Below are positions 49,613 through 57,417 of a stretch of DNA of 64,000 bases, in pieces. The position numbers were made by a program, and so were the translations under genes. Origin of the DNA: Candidatus Latescibacterota bacterium (GTDB lineage: Bacteria; Latescibacterota; UBA2968); NCBI GenBank assembly GCA_965222605.1, contig OZ244960.1, positions 2,432,001 to 2,496,000 of the forward strand, given 5' to 3'. Numbering within the stretch: position 1 is the stretch's first letter; the number at the start of each line of letters is the position of its first letter. Under the pieces are notes generated by a model that saw nothing but the letters and a program-made list of their open reading frames with translations, was not told the DNA's origin and made no database searches.

Positions 49613-50653
49613 ATGAGACTGGGGCTTGTTGGATTGCCGCAGGTCGGTAAAAAGACGCTATTCCGCTTGCTAACCGGGCATACAGGTGAAATGGGGCAGG
49701 CAAAGGTGCGAGATGTGCGGTTTGATCGGCTGGTGGAAATGTATAAACCCGCACGCGAAGTACCTGCGGAGATGGCATTTGTGCTATTGCCCGATTTGGA
49801 CACACAGGCCGATCGCAATATACCTGTTTTTCGAGATTTGGAGCAGGTAGATGTGATTTGTTTGCTCGCCCGGGAATTTGAAGACGATACCGTATTTCAC
49901 ATTGCGGGCGACTTAGATGCCAAACGCGATATACGAGCTTTTTGGGAGGAATTGTTGCTCGCCGACCTGATCTTTGTAGAAAAGCGATTGGAGCGATTGG
50001 CAAAAGAGCGGCACGCAAAAGACAGACTGCGAGCGGAGCAAGAAAAGGACTTAATGACGCGCATGCAGGCGCATCTGGAAACTGGAAAACCCCTGCGTCA
50101 ATTTGCGCGCACAGCAGAGGAAATAAAACTGACATCGAGCTATCCCTTCTTAACCACCAAAGCAGTGATCGTGGTGCTAAACACGGGCGAAGATCAGATC
50201 AACAACAATGAAATTGTAGATGAAATAGCCGCTGATTTTGCCGACTGTGATTTTGAATGGATCGCGATTTCCGCACAGATTGAAGAAGAGATTTCGCTGC
50301 TCGACGACGAGACACGCGAGGAGTTTCTCGCCGACCTCGGTATTGAACAACCCGCGCTGGATCGGTTGACCCTGTTGTGTTATGAAACTCTCGGATTAAT
50401 TTCATTCTTTACAGTGGTCAACGACGAAGTGCATGCCTGGACCATTCCAAGAGGCACCCTATCACCGCAGGCGGGCGGCGCAGTTCACGGAGACATCGAG
50501 CGGGGATTTATTCGGGCTGAAGTCATGCGCTACGAAGATTTAATCACCTTGGGAGATGAGCAAAAGGTAAAAGCAGCCGGTAAGCTAATGGTCAAAGGAA
50601 AAGATGCAGAGATTTTTGATGGCGATGTGATACACTTTTTGTTTAAGGTTTGA
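49613..50653 (+). CDS. ychF: YchF-family ATPase with atypical G domain
   Basis: GLVGLPQVGK, GLISFFT, HGDIERGFIRAEV and a C-terminal TGS-like domain (DGDVIHFLF). Confidence 0.82.
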   Translation: MRLGLVGLPQVGKKTLFRLLTGHTGEMGQAKVRDVRFDRLVEMYKPAREVPAEMAFVLLPDLDTQADRNIPVFRDLEQVDVICLLAREFEDDTVFHIAGDLDAKRDIRAFWEELLLADLIFVEKRLERLAKERHAKDRLRAEQEKDLMTRMQAHLETGKPLRQFARTAEEIKLTSSYPFLTTKAVIVVLNTGEDQINNNEIVDEIAADFADCDFEWIAISAQIEEEISLLDDETREEFLADLGIEQPALDRLTLLCYETLGLISFFTVVNDEVHAWTIPRGTLSPQAGGAVHGDIERGFIRAEVMRYEDLITLGDEQKVKAAGKLMVKGKDAEIFDGDVIHFLFKV

Positions 50654-50760
50654 AGCTATGTGCGCAACGTTTCAGTCGTTATTTTCTTTACACACAAAGC
50701 CTTTTTACATATTATCTAACGCTCTACAAAGAACCGTTTCACGACAAAGGAGATCGCATT

Positions 50761-51045
50761 ATGGCCGCCAAAATCTCGGAAATATTCACCGAATACGAAG
50801 AAGCGAACAAAGGCCTGGAGCCTACGACCAGTAAGTTTGATACCGAACAAGAAATCCCGGTGGAAAAGCATTGCTGCATCACGGGCGAAGCAGTAAAATC
50901 GAGCTTTTGCCGTTATCCCGACGAAAAAGAAGGCACCATAATGGTCATATCAAAAGAGCAGATGCTATTGCACTCCCGCAATGGTGGAAATATTTCAAAG
51001 ATATTTAAGCAAGTATTGACACTTCGCAGAAAACGGGAACAATAA
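50761..51045 (+). CDS. Hypothetical protein (94 aa)
   Basis: AAGGAG RBS before ATG 50761. Confidence 0.65.
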   Translation: MAAKISEIFTEYEEANKGLEPTTSKFDTEQEIPVEKHCCITGEAVKSSFCRYPDEKEGTIMVISKEQMLLHSRNGGNISKIFKQVLTLRRKREQ

Positions 51046-51089
51046 GCGGCGCCCCATCGCGGTTTCCATCCCTCCACCCCCTTCGAGAA

Positions 51090-51974
51090 ATGCGCGTGAA
51101 AGACGGCGTCTTGAAATACGGCTTTGTGGGTCCCGCACTGATCTTTCTGATCGCATTCAACATTTTTCCCCTCTTTTACAACATCTACCTCAGCTTTACC
51201 GATGCCGAACTCAGTGGCGGTGTTGCACAACTCGTGGGTGGGCGCAACTACGGCGTCATCTTTGACGACACGCGCTATGGCACGGCCCTTCGCACAACCG
51301 GACTATTCGTAGTTCTGGCAGTCGCGATCGAACTCTTTCTCGGCTTTGCCCTTGCCCTCGCCCTTCAAAAACCCTTCTGGGGAAAACCCGTCATCACCAC
51401 CATTCTCCTGGTGCCTATGATGTTATCCCCCGCAGTCATGGGCCTGTACTGGAACTTTATTCTCAATGGACATTACGGCGTCGTCAATCAAGCACTGGCC
51501 GTCTTTGGCCTCTTCCAACCGCAATGGCTAACCGATCCCGATTTGAAACTCTTCTCCATCCTGATGATCGACATCTGGATGTGGACGCCGTTTATGATGC
51601 TCATCGCACTCGCCGGTCTCAATGCCATACCCAATCACCTCTACGAAGCCGCAGCCATTGACCGGGCATCCAGTTGGACCGTCTTTCGGCGCATCACCCT
51701 TCCCCTGTGCTCACCCCTCCTCTTTCTCGCAGTCCTGCTGCGCACCACAGATGCCCTCAAGCAATTTGACCTCGTCATGGCTGTCACAGGTCCCAATGAT
51801 CGCGCAACCCAAACATTGAGTGCCCTGCTCTACCAGGTCATGTTTCGCGGATATAAAATTGGACTGGGCAGTTCTTATAGCATCGTCATTCTTCTCGTCG
51901 TCATCGCGCTCGCAAGTATATTTATCCGATACATCGCCAGCATCCAGGCAAAACAGGGAAGGGAAAGCGCGTGA
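51090..51974 (+). CDS. Carbohydrate ABC transporter permease
   Basis: WTPFMMLI, LYEAAAID EAA loop. Confidence 0.92.
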   Translation: MRVKDGVLKYGFVGPALIFLIAFNIFPLFYNIYLSFTDAELSGGVAQLVGGRNYGVIFDDTRYGTALRTTGLFVVLAVAIELFLGFALALALQKPFWGKPVITTILLVPMMLSPAVMGLYWNFILNGHYGVVNQALAVFGLFQPQWLTDPDLKLFSILMIDIWMWTPFMMLIALAGLNAIPNHLYEAAAIDRASSWTVFRRITLPLCSPLLFLAVLLRTTDALKQFDLVMAVTGPNDRATQTLSALLYQVMFRGYKIGLGSSYSIVILLVVIALASIFIRYIASIQAKQGRESA

Positions 51975-52834
51975 AATACTCGAGACGGCTCGTTATTATC
52001 CCGTATTTTTGTCTGGCCACACTGCCCCTGTGCTGGCTATTTCTCACCTCCCTGAAAACTCAGGAAGCAGCGATCAGTTCCACAGCCTCTCTTATCCCGA
52101 CCCCCGCTGAGAACATCGCGCCCGGAGACCTGAGTTTTTCGGCCACATTGGACGCCTATCGCAAACTGGCAACACCACATACGGGCAAAGCACACGCATT
52201 TTTTCACTACCTCCTCAACAGCGTCATCATCGGCCTGCTCAGCACCTTGACATCGGTCGTCCTCGGAACGGGTTGCGCGTATGGATTTAGCCGATTTCGC
52301 ATTGCAGGTGCGCGGGATTGGCTGTTCTTCATTCTCTCGACCCGCTTCCTGCCCCCGCTTGCCGTCGTAATTCCCGTATTGATGATGTACCGCGTCTTTA
52401 ATCTGCCCAATACACACCTGGGCCTCATCCTCCTCTACACAGCATTTAATCTCTCGCTCGCGGTCTGGCTGATGAAGGGATTCATAGACGAAATACCCCG
52501 GGCGTATGAAGAAGCCGCCCTCGTTGATGGATACAGCCCATTTCAAGCATTTTACAAAATCATCTTGCCCCACTCTGCAACCGGCATGGCGGTAACAGCT
52601 GTTTTCTGTCTCATATCCGCCTGGAATGAATACGGTTTCGCGCTCGCACTCAACAACGCCGAAGCCGTAACCGTACCCGTCTATTTTGCCGGGCTTCAGG
52701 GCAACATCCAGGGCATTCCCTGGCCGCAAGTTGCTGCGGGCGTTCTCATCTTTGTCGTGCCAATTGCGGTTTTTACAGTACTCGTCCGCAACCATCTGCT
52801 GCGGGGTGTGACATTTGGAACGATTAAACAGTGA
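51971..52834 (+). CDS. Carbohydrate ABC transporter permease
   Basis: EEAALVDG, AWNEY. Confidence 0.92.
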   Translation: MKYSRRLVIIPYFCLATLPLCWLFLTSLKTQEAAISSTASLIPTPAENIAPGDLSFSATLDAYRKLATPHTGKAHAFFHYLLNSVIIGLLSTLTSVVLGTGCAYGFSRFRIAGARDWLFFILSTRFLPPLAVVIPVLMMYRVFNLPNTHLGLILLYTAFNLSLAVWLMKGFIDEIPRAYEEAALVDGYSPFQAFYKIILPHSATGMAVTAVFCLISAWNEYGFALALNNAEAVTVPVYFAGLQGNIQGIPWPQVAAGVLIFVVPIAVFTVLVRNHLLRGVTFGTIKQ

Positions 52835-52837
52835 ACC

Positions 52838-53896
52838 ATGCCATTTCTCGAACTTCAAAATCTCCAGAAAACCTATCCCGATGGCACGCGGGCAGTCAGG
52901 GGTATTGACCTGCAAGTTGACAAAGGAGAATTTATCGTCCTTCTGGGTCCCTCGGGATGTGGAAAAACAACCACATTGCGGATGATCGCGGGACTGGAGG
53001 ATCCAACCGGCGGACGGATCACACTCGACAATCAAAATGTCACACATCTGCCGCCATCTCAACGCGATGTGGGATTTGTCTTTCAGTTTTACGCGCTCTA
53101 CCCGCACATGACCGTTCAAAAAAACATCGCGTTTCCGCTTGAGAACATCGGCACATCCCCCTCAGATATCGAAGCGGCGCTTGATCGCGTTGCACACGCT
53201 CTGGGCATAGAGGCATTGCTCAACCAGTATCCCAGGCAACTTTCAGGCGGCGATCAACAGCGCGTTTCTCTCGCGCGTGCAATGATACGCACGCCGGATA
53301 TCTATCTCATGGATGAACCTCTGGGCACACTCGACGCAGAACATCGATTGGAACTCAGAGCATTTATACGCCGCCAACAACTGGCACTTTCTATAACAGC
53401 GATCTACGTCACACACGACCAGGAAGAAGCTATGAGCCTGGCAGATCGCATTGTGGTCATGGACGACGGCAAAATCAGACAAATCGGGTCCCCATCAGAA
53501 ATCTACAATCATCCCGCGGATCTCTTTGTCGCAAATTTTGTCGGCAGCCCGGGCATGAATCTCTTAAACGGACAAATTGTGCAACACGGGGACGGTCTAA
53601 CTTTTACCCGTCGGGATTCAGACATTCACATCCCCATCCACACCAACATCGCGCCCGCGCAGGTCGTCTTTGGCATGCGCCCGGAATTTATCCGCCCTGC
53701 CAATCGCGGCATCCCGGGCAAAGTCATCCTCAGCGAATACCTGGGCAGCCACGGTTACGTATATATAGATACGCCAATAGGCGAACTGATCATGCGTTCA
53801 ACTGACCGCTTTGCCATCGGAGAAAAAATTCATCTGCACCTGAATGAGGCACATATTCGCCTGTTCGATCCAGATACCGGAACAGCCCTCGCATGA
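52838..53896 (+). CDS. ABC transporter ATP-binding protein (MalK-like)
   Basis: GPSGCGKT, LSGGDQQR, MDEP. Confidence 0.94.
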   Translation: MPFLELQNLQKTYPDGTRAVRGIDLQVDKGEFIVLLGPSGCGKTTTLRMIAGLEDPTGGRITLDNQNVTHLPPSQRDVGFVFQFYALYPHMTVQKNIAFPLENIGTSPSDIEAALDRVAHALGIEALLNQYPRQLSGGDQQRVSLARAMIRTPDIYLMDEPLGTLDAEHRLELRAFIRRQQLALSITAIYVTHDQEEAMSLADRIVVMDDGKIRQIGSPSEIYNHPADLFVANFVGSPGMNLLNGQIVQHGDGLTFTRRDSDIHIPIHTNIAPAQVVFGMRPEFIRPANRGIPGKVILSEYLGSHGYVYIDTPIGELIMRSTDRFAIGEKIHLHLNEAHIRLFDPDTGTALA

Positions 53897-54984
53897 ACAA
53901 CCCATTTCTCAAAATCGATAACCTGTCCAAAAATTATGGCGAGACGCAGGCACTCTCGGAAATTTCACTATCTCTCTACGCCGAAGAACTCCTCGTCATC
54001 CTTGGACCAACAGGTGCGGGCAAAACAACGCTCTTGCGCATCATCGCGGGCCTCGAAACAGCGGATACCGGACGTATAACCGTCAATGGCGCAGACATAA
54101 CCCATCAGCTACCCGCAGAACGCGATATCGCCCTCGTCTTTCAGAACTTCTCACTCTACCCCAACAAAACCGTGCGCCAGAATCTCGAATTTCCACTACA
54201 AGCACCCGGGCGCAACCTCTCCAAAACAGACATAGCAAACAGAATCTCTCATACCGCCGACCTGCTTCGCATAACCCCGCTTCTACATCGATCCGCCACG
54301 CACTTATCCGGCGGCGAAATGCAGCGCGTTGCAATCGGACGCGCCATCGTGCGCCAACCCCAACTCTTTCTCCTGGACGAACCCCTCACAAACCTGGATG
54401 CAAAATTGCGCGAAGTGTTGCGGATCGAACTCATCCGCCTCCAGCGCGACCTGCGCACACCCGTGATTTACGTCACCCACGACTGGGTTGAAGCCCTCTC
54501 AATGGGCGACCGAATCGCCGTATTGTCCGAAGGGAAAATTCTGCAAATCGGTTCTCCCGAAGAAATCTACCAACAGCCCAATTCTCTGACCGTCGCCCGT
54601 CAACTGGGCTATCCCCCCATCAATACAATAGACGTCCACAAACAGCGAAACCAATGGTTCACAGCCTCGAATTGTGCCATCATGGCCGCAGACCACAACG
54701 CCCCTTCAAACGCGACCCTCGGTATCCGCGGGGAAGATATTTCACCCCATGGAGGCGAAACTCCCGCGACCATCGAAGTCATCGAAGACCTCGGCGCATC
54801 GACCATCTTGCTCGCCGACTGGGCAGGTCAATCCATCCAGATTTTGACTTCCGGCGAGCAACAGTGGCACGTCGGAGATGAGATATACCCGTCTATTGAT
54901 GTAGACCGCGTTTTGGTGTGGGAAACCACCGCACAGGTGGCACCAACCACCTACAATGAGCGAAGCGAATATCAACACAGATGA
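53893..54984 (+). CDS. ABC transporter ATP-binding protein (MalK-like)
   Basis: GPTGAGKT, LSGGEMQR, LDEP. Confidence 0.94.
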   Translation: MNNPFLKIDNLSKNYGETQALSEISLSLYAEELLVILGPTGAGKTTLLRIIAGLETADTGRITVNGADITHQLPAERDIALVFQNFSLYPNKTVRQNLEFPLQAPGRNLSKTDIANRISHTADLLRITPLLHRSATHLSGGEMQRVAIGRAIVRQPQLFLLDEPLTNLDAKLREVLRIELIRLQRDLRTPVIYVTHDWVEALSMGDRIAVLSEGKILQIGSPEEIYQQPNSLTVARQLGYPPINTIDVHKQRNQWFTASNCAIMAADHNAPSNATLGIRGEDISPHGGETPATIEVIEDLGASTILLADWAGQSIQILTSGEQQWHVGDEIYPSIDVDRVLVWETTAQVAPTTYNERSEYQHR

Positions 54985-55021
54985 ACAGGGATGAAAACCC
55001 GTAGATCATGAGTATCGGTTG

Positions 55022-55050
55022 TTTACTTTGCGACTGGGTTTGGATATATT
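55022..55050 (+). promoter_or_regulatory. Sigma-70-type promoter of the TA pair
   Basis: TTTACT-N17-TATATT. Confidence 0.45.
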
Positions 55051-55104
55051 CTATGGGTGACCATTACTGGGATGCCTCTCTCATTTTTAAGGAGGACAAT
55101 CACA

Positions 55105-55335
55105 ATGAGCAATGATATAACTACAGAAGCGACAGTCACGCTGAGCATTCAGCAACTGGAAGGACTTATCCGCAAGGTGGTGCGTGAAGAACTCATCGAA
55201 TTTGCAAAACAGAAACCAGAAATTTTCAACCTCGATAAGAACGCTCCACTTTATGAGGATATGGAGGATATTCTTAAAAGAAAAAAATCAGGTCAATTGA
55301 AGTTTTATACGCACGCAGAAATTTGGGATGAATGA
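55105..55335 (+). CDS. Putative antitoxin
   Basis: AAGGAGG RBS; small protein ending YTHAEIWDE; overlaps the downstream RelE-like gene. Confidence 0.68.
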   Translation: MSNDITTEATVTLSIQQLEGLIRKVVREELIEFAKQKPEIFNLDKNAPLYEDMEDILKRKKSGQLKFYTHAEIWDE

Positions 55336-55657
55336 ATATCACGCGTTTTATGAGGGTCGATTCGCCCGAAACCTTTCTCGCTACTCGAATATACGCCAGC
55401 GCATCAAGAGAAGAGTTGAGCAGATTCTCAAAAATCCTTATGATCGCACAGAACGTCTTGGGCAGGTTTCTGGGGGATTAGATTTGCGGGGTTGCCGCAG
55501 TGCTCGGGTGGGTAGAAACTTCAGATTGATTTTTGTTATCTGTGAAGAATGCCGGTATATACAAGCGTGTCAGTATTGCCTTTGCGAGGGCAGAGAAGAT
55601 AAAACAATTGTTTTCTTAACGGTTGGGCCACACAATAGGGCTTATACGATGAGATGA
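55328..55657 (+). CDS. RelE/ParE-superfamily toxin with Cys-rich insert
   Basis: F.R.L...KNPY...LRGCRSARVGRNFRLIF...FLTVGPHNRAY pattern. Confidence 0.75.
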   Translation: MNEYHAFYEGRFARNLSRYSNIRQRIKRRVEQILKNPYDRTERLGQVSGGLDLRGCRSARVGRNFRLIFVICEECRYIQACQYCLCEGREDKTIVFLTVGPHNRAYTMR

Positions 55658-55773
55658 ACATAGAGCGAATGAAAAATGTCAAATGCAAAAAAAATGATCC
55701 ATACCAGTGTCCAGCCTTGAGATATTTTAGCCAGCGTTGGATTCGTAACGCGATTTCCCTTATGTTCACCATC

Positions 55774-55809
55774 AAAAAACCGCTCTTTAAATTCAAAGAG
55801 CGGTTTTTT
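55774..55809. terminator. Bidirectional intrinsic terminator
   Basis: AAAAAACCGCTCTTT-AAATTC-AAAGAGCGGTTTTTT. Confidence 0.85.
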
Positions 55810-55907
55810 ATTTTTTTATACGTCATGTGATTCAGGCTTGCTGGAAGAACCTTCTCATTTTATACTGTGTTTTGACAATATCTCTATTAAACCCCAAGAG
55901 GTTCGTT

Positions 55908-56903
55908 ATGAAAAAAATGCATTTGTTCAATCTCACCCTCTTGTTGATCTCATTGACCTCAGGTCTGTTTATAGGTTGTGGCGGTACAGGACTTTTTGTT
56001 ACGGTAACACAGCCGGCTGAAGTTAATCTAAAAGATTTTGACAAGATTGCGGTTGGAGAAATTAAAGGTTCGGGAAGCGGAGTCTTATCGGCACTAAGCG
56101 ATCTTGTCCAGGTTGCAGGAGGCGGAGAAACTAAAGACTCAGGAAGCCATAAATTCTCCGCCGAGTTGACACAGGTCCTCTTTGAATCTGAACGATTTGA
56201 AGTACTGGATTACGAGAGCCTGAAGATGGGTTTTAGTCAGAACAATCTTATCGGAAAAATCGCCCTCATCTCTGGCACTATTTCAGAATACAACTACAGC
56301 GAGGATTTAACCCACAAAGATGTTGAGCAAAAAGATAAAAAGACGGGTGAAGTCAAAACCACGCGAACATACTATCGCAAAGGGACCGCAAAGGTAAGTG
56401 TCAGCCTGCGTATTGTGGATTTGCACACATCAAAAATTTTGGTAACCAGGAAGTTTGACAAATCTGCGAGCGCAAAAGAATCAAGGAAGAATTCAAAGCC
56501 GCCCCGTATTGATCGCTCGCGCCTTTTTGAGGCGTGCCAAAAGCAAATTATTCGCTCTTTTATGCGGATGATTGTGCCTTATACCGAGCGTGTGTATGTC
56601 TCATTTGAAACCGACAAAGAAATGCCAGAATTGGAACGTGGCTTTAGAATGATCAAGCTGGGCAATTGGGATACCGCGCTTGACATCTTTCAAAGGGTAA
56701 CCGAGACTTATCCCAATTCCCCTTTAGTCCATAAGGCATATTACAATCTTGGTCTGGGCTATATGTACACGGATCAGTTCGATCAAGCGCGAACAGCATT
56801 AGAAGAAGCCTATACCAGAAAGCCTGAAGCAAAATATCTGAATGCCATCAAAAAACTGAATGTACGCATTGAAGATAAGCGTCGGCTGAAAGAGCAGATG
56901 TGA
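55908..56903 (+). CDS. Lipoprotein with CsgG/TolB-N-like domain and C-terminal TPR
   Basis: FIGC lipobox; SERFEVLD...VSLRIVD; AYYNLG TPR. Confidence 0.72.
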   Translation: MKKMHLFNLTLLLISLTSGLFIGCGGTGLFVTVTQPAEVNLKDFDKIAVGEIKGSGSGVLSALSDLVQVAGGGETKDSGSHKFSAELTQVLFESERFEVLDYESLKMGFSQNNLIGKIALISGTISEYNYSEDLTHKDVEQKDKKTGEVKTTRTYYRKGTAKVSVSLRIVDLHTSKILVTRKFDKSASAKESRKNSKPPRIDRSRLFEACQKQIIRSFMRMIVPYTERVYVSFETDKEMPELERGFRMIKLGNWDTALDIFQRVTETYPNSPLVHKAYYNLGLGYMYTDQFDQARTALEEAYTRKPEAKYLNAIKKLNVRIEDKRRLKEQM

Positions 56904-57074
56904 TTTTCTCAGAGGAGTGATGATGTTCAATTGGTTTCAAGAGATCACGATGGGACGATTGAGGGATGTCCTCCTGAGTTCTTCAAAGAGCAGTTAAAGA
57001 ATGAACGCAAAAAAGGGGATGAAAACCAGTCAAGCAGAGGGCGTAGCAATAACCATTGACAGGAGGAACCGACT

Positions 57075-57329
57075 GTGGAAGCGTTTATTATTATGATCAC
57101 TCTCGTTATAGTAGTTCTGGTACTTGGTGGCTGGTGGGCAAAGAGCACCTTTGGCTGCTGCTGCCACGAGTGTGGATCCAAAATGCGGCCATTCGAAAAA
57201 TTGTCTGATGGTGACAAGTCCGATATCCTGGCGTACTTCAGGCGTTTTGAGGACCGCGAGCCAGATGAGGAGGGCATTTTCGAAGGAAATAATCAAAGAC
57301 TCACCCGACTCAAGGTGGGGTCTATTTGA
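57075..57329 (+). CDS. Small membrane-anchored hypothetical protein, possibly truncated
   Basis: AGGAGG RBS, GTG start, N-terminal TM, one CxxC. Confidence 0.5.
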   Translation: MEAFIIMITLVIVVLVLGGWWAKSTFGCCCHECGSKMRPFEKLSDGDKSDILAYFRRFEDREPDEEGIFEGNNQRLTRLKVGSI

Positions 57330-57366
57330 AGCTGAATAAACGACCATCTGCAAAACGGATCGAAAC

Positions 57367-57397
57367 AAAAAAGCCGACGCGCAAACGCCGGCTTTTT
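57367..57397. terminator. Bidirectional intrinsic terminator
   Basis: AAAAAAGCCGACG-CGCAAA-CGCCGGCTTTTT between convergent genes. Confidence 0.7.
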
Positions 57398-57417
57398 ATT
57401 TTTACCCAGTTCACCTC

